A DNA stretch of 64,000 bases from an uncultured Pseudomonadota bacterium (GTDB taxonomy: Bacteria; Oederibacteriota; Muellerivitia; Muellerivitales; Muellerivitaceae). The notes beneath the pieces are model-generated. The model ran no database searches, was not told the origin of the DNA, and saw only the letters and a program-made list of their open reading frames with translations. The stretch lies in NCBI GenBank assembly GCA_963770835.1, contig CAVYRH010000011.1, positions 96,001-160,000 on the forward strand, in the 5' to 3' direction. Shown here piece after piece: positions 49,315 through 60,052 of the stretch (positions are counted from its first letter, which is position 1; each line of letters begins with the position of its first letter). Both the position numbers and the translations under genes were made by a program.

Positions 49315-50709
49315 ATGGTTAAAAACAAACCTAGCTTATCCAGGTTTTTTCTTCTTCCTTCTTGTTTGATCACACTGATTTTTCTTTTTCCTTCCTTCTC
49401 CGCCGCCCACCAGATCCTTTTTTATTTCAACAGTGAGGACGGGACGGACGGAGCCCTGCTTCAGTGTGTGACCATTCTTCAAAATGCCGGCCACCAAGTG
49501 ACTACTATTGACGTGAATGGAAAAAATCGTAATTCCCAAAACGACAATTGGGGTGCTCCTTATGACCAGGTTTGGGACATGAGGTTTGTGGACCGGGATT
49601 CCACGCAGTGCGGCAGCGGCCGTCCGGAGGCCGGGGATTATTTCGACGAGCATTGGCGTTCCAAGGCGGTTTCTTTCCTCAATCATTGCGGAAAACTCTT
49701 CATTGCGGGGGAGTATTACCGCCTGCCCGATAGGGATGAAGGCCTTTATTCTTTCCTTAAGGAGGTCCAAGCGGTTAAAAAGGGTTTTGATAACTGCCCT
49801 CCCTCAGCCCGGGGGAACAGCAGCACAACGGGCGAGGCCTTTTACCCCGTTCGGCATCGGCTAGGACCCGTTTCTTTTTATGGAGCCTGGGTCGGGGGTA
49901 TTCCTCTCGCCTATTTAACGGGTACCAATTTTGTGGACACGTCCGACGATTGGGAAGGGGACGCGGTGGATCGCTCCATCGTTTCGGGCTGGGAAGGAAA
50001 CCAATTGGGTGGGGCCGTGACCAGTGGCTCTTGCGGTCGTGGAAAACTTTTCATGGTTTGGGACGCCACCATGTGGACCCTCTGGCAACCCGGAATGTAT
50101 GGGGAAGAAGAGAGCAGCCCGCCGGTTTGGGACGATTCCGCCTGGGTTCCCGGAAACATTCAATCCCCAGCCAGTTCTGTGATGCACATCAAGACGGCTA
50201 AAAAAGTCACAGCTTCTTTTTTCCCGGCTATCGTAAAATGGCTAGGTGGACGGGGGTGCCCCTGCACGGAAGCATCTTCACCGACGATTTTTCCAACACC
50301 CCACACCTTGCCGACAACAGTTGGTTATGGAGGTTATCAACTTCCGCCTTCGCCTTCTTTGCCTGCAACGGTGGGAAGTTTGTTGTCAGCGGCCAGCCAG
50401 TCTTCCGCCACGACGACCATGCTTACTTCCAATGTCCCCGCGACAATTATCTTTAGTGTTTTCCCCATCAACATTTACATGGGCTTCCGGGATGGAATGG
50501 GGGAGTATCAATTAAACATCTTGGACTCCCAAGGCCAATTGATTCAGACTGTTTTTGATAAAAATATAACAAATGAAAAAGAATCTTGGGCCGCTTGGGA
50601 TGGAAAAAATCTTGCCGGGACTGATTCACATATCGGTCTTTATTACGCCGTTCTGTGGAAAGATGGACGCTTTTTGAGAAAGATCGTCTTATCCCGCATA
50701 AGTCCCTAA
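49315..50709 (+). CDS. Secreted protein with FlgD-Ig-like C-terminus
   Basis: Signal peptide; I.DSQG.LI, WDGKN..G, GLY. Confidence 0.7.
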   Translation: MVKNKPSLSRFFLLPSCLITLIFLFPSFSAAHQILFYFNSEDGTDGALLQCVTILQNAGHQVTTIDVNGKNRNSQNDNWGAPYDQVWDMRFVDRDSTQCGSGRPEAGDYFDEHWRSKAVSFLNHCGKLFIAGEYYRLPDRDEGLYSFLKEVQAVKKGFDNCPPSARGNSSTTGEAFYPVRHRLGPVSFYGAWVGGIPLAYLTGTNFVDTSDDWEGDAVDRSIVSGWEGNQLGGAVTSGSCGRGKLFMVWDATMWTLWQPGMYGEEESSPPVWDDSAWVPGNIQSPASSVMHIKTAKKVTASFFPAIVKWLGGRGCPCTEASSPTIFPTPHTLPTTVGYGGYQLPPSPSLPATVGSLLSAASQSSATTTMLTSNVPATIIFSVFPINIYMGFRDGMGEYQLNILDSQGQLIQTVFDKNITNEKESWAAWDGKNLAGTDSHIGLYYAVLWKDGRFLRKIVLSRISP

Positions 50710-50810
50710 AACAGTGCCCGTTCAAGCCTTGCAGGCTTACTTCCGCCGACGCTCCTGGCAATTTTCTTGATATTGCATAGGTTTTAGGGGTCTGTTAACA
50801 TAGCCACCCT

Positions 50811-51794
50811 ATGGCAACCGCCCCTATCAGCCCTGCGCCAATTGTTCCTAAAAGCCACACTTTGCTTTACGCCATGCTGATTCTCGTTGGTCTCTTTTTC
50901 CTGAGCTTTATCTTCATTGTTTTCGCCATCCAGCATGTTCTTACCAGCAACACCGACACTTCCTTGATTTCCAGCGGGAGCGAAATCAGCCTTGTGGAAA
51001 TCCAAGGCCCCATTTATGAGAGTGACGATCTGGTCCGGCTTATTAAGCATTTCCGAAAGAGTTCAAAAAAAGCCCTTATCCTTAGAATTGACAGCCCCGG
51101 GGGAGTGGTGGCCCCTTCACAGGAAATTTATACAGAGATCTTAAGAGCACGGCAGGATAAGAAGATTATTGTAGCCAGCATGGCCAGCTTGGCTGCCTCG
51201 GGGGCTTATTATATTGCGTCAGCTTGCGATAAAATCGTGGCGAACCCAGGTACTTTGACGGGTTCCATCGGTGTTATCTTTGAAATTCCGGAGGCTTCTG
51301 GACTCCTCAAAAAAGTGGGAGTTGACTATCAGGTTATCAAGAGCGGCAAGTTTAAGGACACCGGTTCCATTAGCCGGCCGATGAACCCCCAGGAAAAAGA
51401 GTATATCCAGAGCACCATCAACGAGGTGTTCAACCAATTTTTGGACGCCGTCATCGATGGGCGGCGTAAAGTTTTTCAACAAAAGCTTGCGAAACGCCTG
51501 GGGAAGAAAGTTGAGGATGTTACGGATCAGGATATTAGAGCTTACTTGCTCCCTTACGCGGATGGAAGGGTTATAACCGGCCAAACCGCATATGAACTGG
51601 GTTTGGTGGACCAGATAGGGGATTATGAGGACGCTGTCCAGTTGACCGCCGATCTGGCGGGAATCAAAGGGGACCCAACGGTCCGGTTGGATAAGCCTTC
51701 CCGAATCGAAGATTTCTTGAAAAGCATGACGCCTTTTTCTTCGTTAACCTCGAGACTAGGAAATGGTTGTTTGATGGAGTACAGGGCGTTCTGA
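50811..51794 (+). CDS. sppA: Signal peptide peptidase SppA
   Basis: RIDSPGG, AASGAYY, TGSIGV, KSGKFKD, GLVD. Confidence 0.93.
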   Translation: MATAPISPAPIVPKSHTLLYAMLILVGLFFLSFIFIVFAIQHVLTSNTDTSLISSGSEISLVEIQGPIYESDDLVRLIKHFRKSSKKALILRIDSPGGVVAPSQEIYTEILRARQDKKIIVASMASLAASGAYYIASACDKIVANPGTLTGSIGVIFEIPEASGLLKKVGVDYQVIKSGKFKDTGSISRPMNPQEKEYIQSTINEVFNQFLDAVIDGRRKVFQQKLAKRLGKKVEDVTDQDIRAYLLPYADGRVITGQTAYELGLVDQIGDYEDAVQLTADLAGIKGDPTVRLDKPSRIEDFLKSMTPFSSLTSRLGNGCLMEYRAF

Positions 51795-51849
51795 CCGAGT
51801 GGAATTAAAAGCGCCGAAATTTTAGTTTTGGAAGCTTCCGTATTTTTTT

Positions 51850-53781
51850 ATGGAGGACACTGTGGCTGAATCCGCAAATCCACCTAATACACCGGCTGTT
51901 CCACCTCCCGCCCCAGTAGCGATCGCACCGGTCCCGATAGCGGCTCCCCCAGCCCGGCGGCCCGGGACCCTCATGAAAAGTATTGCCAAACTGCTGACGA
52001 CCACGACCTGTTTGGTTTTGGGGTTGGGATTTATTATTATCGGGGTTGGAATTCGACGCTATCCCAGTCTAATCCCTGGATTTTTAAAACCGACTTTGGA
52101 TCAATTGTTTCCTCACTTGCCTTATTTCGTCGTTGGAATGGGGCTCTTTTTACTGGGATGGGCCCGCAGCATGGCTACCCAGCAGCTGATTTCCGAATAC
52201 CGCAAAAATCGCCAATCTCCCCACGCTTGGAAAATTCCACTTGTGTCGTTCCAGGTGTTTTTACTGGAAACGGCCTGTTTTATTTACGCCCTGCCTGTCG
52301 GGCTTGGGTGGTATCCACCGCTTCAAAACTTGCTGGCGCTTGTTTGGGTGGTCTTCTTTTTTCTCCTCTACGCCCTTTGGTACGTAACGGCTCATTCTCT
52401 CAACCGTTTCCCGGCCATTGCAGGATTGAGGATGGCAATCGTCACTATAGTTCTTTCGGTCGTTTCTTTCCTCCTTTGGTGGTGGTTTCAATTGCTATTT
52501 CCTGCCGTTTTATTGGGAATCCTTGGGATCATCTCGCTTTTAATCGCTATCCTGGTCCGAGTGAAGGGGGTGGAACAAACGGGTAGCTGGCCAAAGGTTA
52601 CTCTGTTAGCAGTATCCGTTTTTTTATTAGCCCATGTTACTTACAACTCGCTCCCCTTCGGTAATCCCACGGCCGATTTGGTCGGGTTGACCTTGGCCAC
52701 CCAGAGTTTGCCTGGGGAAGTGAATAACCTCAATTATTTCTCAGCAGCCGACCATTCCAAGGATGACATCGTCTATTTTCAGAAAACCAATGGGGATTTC
52801 AACTTGGGCGTCATTCGAGCGGTGTTTTCCCAACAAAATGCGTTTCAACCTGCGGTGCTTTCCCAAAAGGGCCCCGTCGAACCCTTTGTGTCCGTCTTTA
52901 AAGTTCCCGCTGGGGAGGAATCCAGTCTGTCCCTGATAATTAAAAATGGGACATTGATTTTGGTGGATATGTTGAAAAACGGTTCTAGGGGCCTTTGGAA
53001 GATAAATGCCGAAAATGGGAAGGCCACGTTATTACGCCGGGGAATTCAACCAATTGAGGATGGCGTTCCTTGGTCCGAAACCCGGGGACAATTCCTTTAT
53101 GTAACGCAGTCCGAAGGGCATTACCGCCTGAACGTTCTTACGTTGGCGAATGGTAAATCGAAGATTTTAATGACTTCTGAAAATCCGATTCACACGCCCT
53201 CCTGGGTTACGCCCTTGAATCCTCCGCACAATCCAAAGGGGCTTTATCCCGAGACGGAAGTCGCATATGCCGACGGTTCCCACGGACTGTTTTATGTTGT
53301 GGATAGTAAAACCGGTGAAAAAGAACCCCTAATATCGGAAGATGAAAGGTCATTAAAAAACAAGTTTTCTCCTGAAGGAAAGGCCGTGAAGGTCATTCCA
53401 GCTCCGGATGGGTTTCGATACCTCTATTTGGTTGAAAAAAATAAAAAAACCGAATTCTGGTTGGTTTTGGCGGATGGCACGAAGAGAGGAATGATTTACC
53501 AGACCAGTGCTTCCGTTACGCACTTAGCCTGGCATCCGGACGGACAGCAAATTGTCTTTGAGGAAATCCATCCTGGTTGGGACCATGGATTCTTAAAAAG
53601 CATTTCCAACGCGAAGCTTTTGGATGCCAACCTGGGGAATTGCGTCAATCTTCTTCCACCCCAAATTTCAACCATGTCGCCCGCTGTCGCGTCCGACGGA
53701 GTGAAGGTGGCTTTTATCGCAGGAGAAGGATTGTGGTGGCCTGCCGCCGACCAAGGGATTTGGGTGGCGGCTCTGCGCTAA
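51850..53781 (+). CDS. Multi-pass membrane protein with TolB-like propeller
   Basis: N-terminal TMs; APDG, WHPDG, ASDG repeats. Confidence 0.7.
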   Translation: MEDTVAESANPPNTPAVPPPAPVAIAPVPIAAPPARRPGTLMKSIAKLLTTTTCLVLGLGFIIIGVGIRRYPSLIPGFLKPTLDQLFPHLPYFVVGMGLFLLGWARSMATQQLISEYRKNRQSPHAWKIPLVSFQVFLLETACFIYALPVGLGWYPPLQNLLALVWVVFFFLLYALWYVTAHSLNRFPAIAGLRMAIVTIVLSVVSFLLWWWFQLLFPAVLLGILGIISLLIAILVRVKGVEQTGSWPKVTLLAVSVFLLAHVTYNSLPFGNPTADLVGLTLATQSLPGEVNNLNYFSAADHSKDDIVYFQKTNGDFNLGVIRAVFSQQNAFQPAVLSQKGPVEPFVSVFKVPAGEESSLSLIIKNGTLILVDMLKNGSRGLWKINAENGKATLLRRGIQPIEDGVPWSETRGQFLYVTQSEGHYRLNVLTLANGKSKILMTSENPIHTPSWVTPLNPPHNPKGLYPETEVAYADGSHGLFYVVDSKTGEKEPLISEDERSLKNKFSPEGKAVKVIPAPDGFRYLYLVEKNKKTEFWLVLADGTKRGMIYQTSASVTHLAWHPDGQQIVFEEIHPGWDHGFLKSISNAKLLDANLGNCVNLLPPQISTMSPAVASDGVKVAFIAGEGLWWPAADQGIWVAALR

Positions 53782-53853
53782 CAAGCTTTAGTGCTTTAAA
53801 TTGACGAACGAGGATGTTCCCACCTTTTCAATTTTAAAATCGGAGATAACGAT

Positions 53854-56800
53854 TTGTGGGATTGCACCGGTCTTTGTAACACTTTTTTTAGGAAAGACCG
53901 GCGCGACCAAATCACGCTCCCTTTCCTACTGCTATCAATCTTTTTTGGATTGTTTTCAACGTGCCATGCTCTGGATTTCGGTGAAAATAAGGTTCGCTAC
54001 CACACCGACCATCATTGGAAAATCATCGAAACCGAGCACTTTCAGGTTTATTATTACGAACCTTGCCAGGATTTGGCCCAAACCGCCGCCGACATGGCCG
54101 AAAAAGCCTTTGTCTCGACCTGCCAGGCTTTTGATTACGTTCCCAAAACTAAAATCCCGCTGTTTGTTTATTCCACACCCCTCGAATTTGAGGAAACCAA
54201 TATCACACCCGAAATCCTCTCGGAGGGTGTCGGCGGTTTTACCGAGGTTTTCAAAAATCGCATCGCGGTTCCCATGGATGGTTCTTACCATGAGTTTGAA
54301 AAAGTAATTCACCACGAACTAACCCATGCTTTCCAGTACGATCTCATTTATGGCGAAGGTTGGAGGTCGGTGAACCTTTTCAAGGCTGTTTTTGTGCCGA
54401 ATTGGATGATGGAGGGCATGGCGGAGTGGAATGCGCAACACCTTGACGCGCAGGGAGAGATGGTCTTACGGGACGCCATCTTAAACGACCAGGTTATGCC
54501 CCTTAGCCTTATGGAGTCCTTCGAACATTTTCCCCAGGTATACACGGCATATAAGGAATCCCAAAGCATCCTGGATTATGTCACTCAGGTGTATGGGAAG
54601 GGAAAAGTGGTGGAAATATTCAAACATATGGCCGCCAATCAACAACCCGACACGGCTATTAAAAACGTCTTAGGGGTTTCCTTGGATGAGCTTTACGCCA
54701 ATTGGCACTTTTACATGAAATCCCAGGCTTGGTCGCGGATAAATGGGCTTCCCGCACCGGAAAAATATGGGGAAGTCCTGGAAAAAGGCGGCCTGGGGGG
54801 CGCCATGAAAACCGCAATTTCTCCGGATGGTAAAAACCTAGCTCTCATCAAGGGAAGGGAACTATCCATGATCCACCTTGAGGATAAGAAGAAAAACGTT
54901 CTATTAAACAAACCGTTTCAAGTACAAGGATCAGGGATTGCATGGTCACCAGATGGTCGATTCTTGGCCTTCGCCGCCGCGGACGGTGGAGAGGATCGAC
55001 TTTACATTTACGATTTGGAGCGGTCGTCGTTACGGAAATGCACCATTCAAGGAATACCGATTGTTTCCTCACCTTCCTGGTCCCCCGACCAAAAATTCAT
55101 CATTTTCAGTGGATTCAACTATACAAATACCGATCTTTACCGATATGAGGTTTCCACGGAAAAGGTCGATCGCCTGACGAACGATAACGACTTTAAAACT
55201 TGGGCTCAGTACGGTCCTGAGGGCAGATATATTTATTTCATTAATGAAAGCGGTGGCCGGCAGGAAATCAGAAAAATATCCCTAAATGAAAAAGGAATTC
55301 CAGTGGGTGTTCCCACGTCCGTCGAAAAGAATTTAGGAACGATCGCCTCCCTTGTGGTTTGGCCTGGTCATCTTTACTTCACCTCGGACTTGAGTCGCAG
55401 AATCTTCAATGTTTTTCAAACGGATGAGGAGGGCGGCCATTTAACCCAGCTGACCAACACCTTTGCGGATGTTTTGAGCGTTTCTCCGGCTCCCGACACT
55501 CAAAAACTATATGCCATTAGTTACCAAAAAGGGATGGAGACAATCTTTGCCTTCGCCATGACGAATGTCGAAAAAATGGAATGGCCACCCTCCGCGTTCG
55601 GAACGATGACTAGTGAATTTTCCTATATTTCCAATTCATTTGAAAACGCCTCTAAGATTATCGGAGTCAATCCAATTAAAGACGTGCCAAAAGAAGCCGA
55701 TTTTCCATCCAATACAGATCGGGATGAACCTGAAATCGTTCAGCAGAAAAAAATACCTGTTCGGCCCCCATCCGCTGTAACGCACCTTGAAATAACCGAG
55801 GCTTCTAATATTGTCCAGCTTCAGTGGCCGGTTTCCGGTGTGGAAGATGATGGAGTTGAAAGCTATCGCGTCTACCGGTCTACCTCCGCCGGAACAACCT
55901 TTTCTTACATTGGAACCAGCACCAACATGCGACAAGGACAATATGTGGATTATGATGTGCAGAACAACGGAACCTATTTTTATTATGTCACTGCTGTCAA
56001 TAAAATCGGGGAAAGCGATCCATCGCCCCTCGTGGAAGTTCATCCCTCATTCAAAGTGGCTTACGAAGATTACCGGTTTAGTTTAACGCCCGATGTCCTG
56101 CTTTTCTTGGCCGGTTACGACAGTTCCTTCGGTTTTGTTGGCGGTGGCGTGGCCCAAATGAGCGATTATCTGGGGGATCATCGAATTGGGATTTTGGGGG
56201 ACACCATCCCTGGTGTGAGGACCGGCGTCGAAGCCAATTATGAGTTCTCCGAATGGCGAACAACGGTTGACCTGGACTACTTTTACTACCAAAACTATTT
56301 TAACATTTACGACCTTCAGAGTGGCAACATCGTCAACCAGTACCGGAACAACGAAAATGGGTTTACTCTGAATTTCAGCTATCCCATCGACACGGCGACC
56401 CGGGTCGAGTACGGGTTTGGCACCCAGCGGTTTTTGGGAAGTCCCATTTACCTTCAATTTTCCGAGGGAATTTCCAATTACAACCTCAACACCGATGAGT
56501 GGAACGTAGCCAATTTTTACCGTCTTTCCTTCGTCCAAGACAAACGTAGAGGGACTCAATTTTGGCCCAGTAGCGGATATGGGCTTAATTTCACCTTGCT
56601 ACATGCCATCCCTGTTTTGGATTCAAATGTATCTTTCGCAAACTTGCTTTTTGAAACGGACGTTTTTGCCGATTTCAGTTTTTTGAATCACCTCGTCTGG
56701 GCCAACCGATTCATCGCCATGACTTCGCAGGGACCCAATCCTCAAACCTTTTTTATTGGCGACGATGCTCCTTTTGAGGATTATTTCACGACGATTCGGG

Positions 56801-57135
56801 GATACGGCGGCAGTACCTTTTTCGGGAGCAATCTTGGACTTTGGAATACTGAACTGCGCTATCCCATCGCTACAAACATGAATTTCATTCCACAACCGTT
56901 ATCTTTTTTGCTTATCAAAGATGTCGAGTTGGCGGGTTTTATGGATACTGGGGTTGTTTCAAATCAATTGGAGGACATTCCCAATTCGCCGGTCCTGAGT
57001 AGTATTGGCACTGGCATTCGGTTTTACACATTTCTCTATCAAAGAGCTCTTGTGATGTTTCGTTTTGACGTGGCCTGGAGATTGGATCAACCAGCTCCAC
57101 CAACTTTTCACTTCAACCTTGGACCGATGTTCTAA
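53854..57135 (+). CDS. Metallopeptidase-like + PD40 propeller + FN3 + Omp85-type barrel protein
   Basis: HELTH..W..EG.AE, SPDG repeats, YRVYR/YYVTAVN, IRGY, ELRYP, terminal F; start uncertain. Confidence 0.8.
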   Translation: MWDCTGLCNTFFRKDRRDQITLPFLLLSIFFGLFSTCHALDFGENKVRYHTDHHWKIIETEHFQVYYYEPCQDLAQTAADMAEKAFVSTCQAFDYVPKTKIPLFVYSTPLEFEETNITPEILSEGVGGFTEVFKNRIAVPMDGSYHEFEKVIHHELTHAFQYDLIYGEGWRSVNLFKAVFVPNWMMEGMAEWNAQHLDAQGEMVLRDAILNDQVMPLSLMESFEHFPQVYTAYKESQSILDYVTQVYGKGKVVEIFKHMAANQQPDTAIKNVLGVSLDELYANWHFYMKSQAWSRINGLPAPEKYGEVLEKGGLGGAMKTAISPDGKNLALIKGRELSMIHLEDKKKNVLLNKPFQVQGSGIAWSPDGRFLAFAAADGGEDRLYIYDLERSSLRKCTIQGIPIVSSPSWSPDQKFIIFSGFNYTNTDLYRYEVSTEKVDRLTNDNDFKTWAQYGPEGRYIYFINESGGRQEIRKISLNEKGIPVGVPTSVEKNLGTIASLVVWPGHLYFTSDLSRRIFNVFQTDEEGGHLTQLTNTFADVLSVSPAPDTQKLYAISYQKGMETIFAFAMTNVEKMEWPPSAFGTMTSEFSYISNSFENASKIIGVNPIKDVPKEADFPSNTDRDEPEIVQQKKIPVRPPSAVTHLEITEASNIVQLQWPVSGVEDDGVESYRVYRSTSAGTTFSYIGTSTNMRQGQYVDYDVQNNGTYFYYVTAVNKIGESDPSPLVEVHPSFKVAYEDYRFSLTPDVLLFLAGYDSSFGFVGGGVAQMSDYLGDHRIGILGDTIPGVRTGVEANYEFSEWRTTVDLDYFYYQNYFNIYDLQSGNIVNQYRNNENGFTLNFSYPIDTATRVEYGFGTQRFLGSPIYLQFSEGISNYNLNTDEWNVANFYRLSFVQDKRRGTQFWPSSGYGLNFTLLHAIPVLDSNVSFANLLFETDVFADFSFLNHLVWANRFIAMTSQGPNPQTFFIGDDAPFEDYFTTIRGYGGSTFFGSNLGLWNTELRYPIATNMNFIPQPLSFLLIKDVELAGFMDTGVVSNQLEDIPNSPVLSSIGTGIRFYTFLYQRALVMFRFDVAWRLDQPAPPTFHFNLGPMF

Positions 57136-57293
57136 AAAGCAGGTTTAAATATATTCAAAATCTCCATCCTTCGGTCAAATCAAAAGTCGGAAAATCAAAA
57201 AAGATATGTTCCTAAAAAGCAGTTGGTGGGGCAGGGAGTAGGGGCTATAATGAGCCCGCTTTCAACACTTGTCATCCCACAAGGAGCCGGTTC

Positions 57294-57956
57294 GTGAAAA
57301 AAGCCGCTCTTTCAACAGCCTTAGTGACTCTGTTACTGGCCGGTAGTCTAATCGCTCAATCGGCACCGCGAGATTTTATTTCAAATTACGAAACAATAGA
57401 TCTGGATTTTTTGCGATCCCACTACACCGAAATTAATAACGGCCGGCCAATTAAAATTGAAGGAATTTTTTCATCCTACAAATGGTTACAACCTTATGAA
57501 TATAAGACCCGTCTTAGCCGGATTGGTTTGGATTCCCGGAATTACAATTTTGCGCAAATGTCCTTAAAAGAAAACGACAGCTTTCACTACTCTTTTCCCA
57601 TTCTGCTTTTTCACACCGGTGCCGGAGATTTGCACGAATTAAACGAACTCTACCAGGATCTCCCGGTTGCCCTTTACGGAAGATTTTATAATTTGAAAGA
57701 GTCAGAATACGCCATAGAAGTGGACCTATTGGAAATTTCCAATGTTTCAACGCGCGTGGACCCGGTTGGCACTCCTGTATTTAAAATGGGGGGGCATGAC
57801 CGAGTACTCCTGCTTGATGCCCGCGTCTCACCATCTCCAACGCCAACCCCCACGGTGACGCCAACACCCCAACCAAACCTCTGGCAGAAGATTAGCAATC
57901 TCGTAAACCCAAAGGAAACGATCACTCCGACAGGAACCACCACTCCCGGAACCTGA
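57294..57956 (+). CDS. Hypothetical secreted protein with PT-rich tail
   Basis: AAGGAG RBS, signal peptide. Confidence 0.7.
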   Translation: MKKAALSTALVTLLLAGSLIAQSAPRDFISNYETIDLDFLRSHYTEINNGRPIKIEGIFSSYKWLQPYEYKTRLSRIGLDSRNYNFAQMSLKENDSFHYSFPILLFHTGAGDLHELNELYQDLPVALYGRFYNLKESEYAIEVDLLEISNVSTRVDPVGTPVFKMGGHDRVLLLDARVSPSPTPTPTVTPTPQPNLWQKISNLVNPKETITPTGTTTPGT

Positions 57957-58025
57957 AGTCGTCTTCTTGATCTTATTTTCTATAATGTCTCCCTTTTATA
58001 TTTGTCTTTCCAGCAGAGGTTTTCG

Positions 58026-59009
58026 TTGAAAAAACAGGTTCTCATCACCAACGAATTACCGGATGCCGCCTACCTTTTCTTGTGCCGAAAATACAACGTC
58101 ACCTGGCACAAGCGTCAATTAACGGAACGACAGTTAATTTCTAAAATCAGGCCCTTTCATTCAATCTTGACTACCCTAGCTGATCCTATAACTGAAAAGG
58201 TAATTGTGGCGGCTCCCCAATTGGAATGTATTGCCAATCTCGCCGTTGGCTATAACAACATTGACCTAAAAACCGCCAAAGCCAGGGGTATCTGGGTGAC
58301 CAACACCCCAGAGGTCCTTACAGAAGCCACAGCTGATATTGCTTGGGCGCTTCTTTTGTCTTGTGCCAGGAGGGTTCCTGAAGGCGACCGGATGGTACGT
58401 TCGGGTAAATTCAAGGGAGCACACCCCCTAACCTTACTAGGTGTTGATTTGTTTGGAAAAACTTTGGGTATCTACGGTTTTGGGAGGATCGGCAAGGCGG
58501 TGGCCCGGCGGGGAAGGGGATGGAATATGAATGTACTCTATCACCAACGCCACCGTGAATCCAAAAGGGTAGAAAAGGGTCTAAATGCCCGGTATGTTCC
58601 TTTTAAAACCCTTCTGGAGCAATCGGACTTCCTGAGTGTAAACAGTCCATTGACCTCAGAAACTCTTCAACGCTTCACGAGAAGGGAATTCAAAAAAATG
58701 AAAAGAACCGCTATTTTCATTAATACGGGCCGAGGACTTATCCATCTTGAACAAGATCTTGTCGAGGCCCTAAAAAAAGGGTGGATCTATTCAGCGGGTT
58801 TGGACGTATATGAATCAGAGCCTCGGATTGAAAAACAGATTTTGAGACTGCAAAATTGTACTTTGCTTCCGCATATTGGAAGTGCCACAGTTGGAACCCG
58901 CGATGCCATGGCATTGTTGGCGGCCAAAAATATCGACTTGGTACTTTCCGGACACCTTCCAGAAACACCGGTTTTTTATTTGTCGAAAAAGGATAGATTA
59001 AAAACTTAA
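58026..59009 (+). CDS. D-2-hydroxyacid dehydrogenase (glyoxylate reductase-like)
   Basis: VGYNNID, NTP.VL, GFGRIG, INTGRG, GLDVYE.EP, LPHIGSA; start may be 58002. Confidence 0.9.
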   Translation: MKKQVLITNELPDAAYLFLCRKYNVTWHKRQLTERQLISKIRPFHSILTTLADPITEKVIVAAPQLECIANLAVGYNNIDLKTAKARGIWVTNTPEVLTEATADIAWALLLSCARRVPEGDRMVRSGKFKGAHPLTLLGVDLFGKTLGIYGFGRIGKAVARRGRGWNMNVLYHQRHRESKRVEKGLNARYVPFKTLLEQSDFLSVNSPLTSETLQRFTRREFKKMKRTAIFINTGRGLIHLEQDLVEALKKGWIYSAGLDVYESEPRIEKQILRLQNCTLLPHIGSATVGTRDAMALLAAKNIDLVLSGHLPETPVFYLSKKDRLKT

Positions 59010-59059
59010 AGTAAAACTTCAGAGTCAATAGCATTAAATCTGATTTAAAAGGACTTTAA

Positions 59060-59827
59060 ATGTCGGCTCCTGTTATCCAATCCGTTGCCACGGGGACCGG
59101 AAAAGCGATTGTTCTTTTGCACGCCTTTCCGCTTTCGCATTCGATTTGGAAGGCCATTAAACCTCCTTTGGGACATTCTTTGATTCTGCCCGATTTTCCA
59201 GGGTTCGGCGAATCACCTTTTGCACCTTCAGGCTTGACGCTCTCAGATGTGGCGGAAGGGCTCGAAAATCATTTAAATCAAAGGGGAATTACGGACCAAG
59301 TTATTTTGGGCGGTATTTCCATGGGCGGTTACTGGGCAATGGAATACCTAAGACGTTTTCCGGGGCGGATTGCCAAGGTGATCTTTATCTCCACACGACC
59401 CGGGTTGGACAAATCCGAGACCCGTCAAAGCAGGTTGAATATGGCTGAAAAGGTGCTCAAAGAAGGCACAGAATTCTTGATTAAGGACATGGTCCCCGGT
59501 CTCTTGGGAAAATCGACTTTGTCGGATAAACCTGGAGTTGTGGACCAAGTCAGTCGATGGATTCGGACAACAAAACCAGGCGCCGTGGCCTTGGCTCAGC
59601 GCGCTATGGCAGAGCGAAGGGATCAAACCGACCTAATGCCGACTTTAAGGGTGCCTGCACTTATCGTGGCCGGCCGCGAGGATGCCTTGATCCCGGTATC
59701 GGAGGCTGAAGCCATGGCTAAAGCCATCCCTGGTAGTCGAATAAAAATCTTGGAACATGTTGGCCACTTGGTACCGATCGAAGACCCAACCCGATTTCAA
59801 AAAATTATTAACGAGTTCCTGACTTAG
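59060..59827 (+). CDS. Alpha/beta hydrolase
   Basis: LHAFP, DFPGFG, GISMGG, GH...E.P. Confidence 0.88.
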   Translation: MSAPVIQSVATGTGKAIVLLHAFPLSHSIWKAIKPPLGHSLILPDFPGFGESPFAPSGLTLSDVAEGLENHLNQRGITDQVILGGISMGGYWAMEYLRRFPGRIAKVIFISTRPGLDKSETRQSRLNMAEKVLKEGTEFLIKDMVPGLLGKSTLSDKPGVVDQVSRWIRTTKPGAVALAQRAMAERRDQTDLMPTLRVPALIVAGREDALIPVSEAEAMAKAIPGSRIKILEHVGHLVPIEDPTRFQKIINEFLT

Positions 59828-60052
59828 TCGCCCCAAATAGCTTAAGACAAGATGCCGCTCCCGTTTGCTTTGATGTCGTAGAATCGCTCAAAAAAATGGC
59901 CTTCAAATGCAAAATCCAGGAGTTTCATTGCCTCAGCTCCAAACGTTCTAGGATCTTTCTGGAACTGGCATTTCTCCCGAAACTCAAAATTCTTCTTTTC
60001 AAAACTCAACTTTTTCGGTATATCTACAATTATACCGAGACAGGAAAGCTCT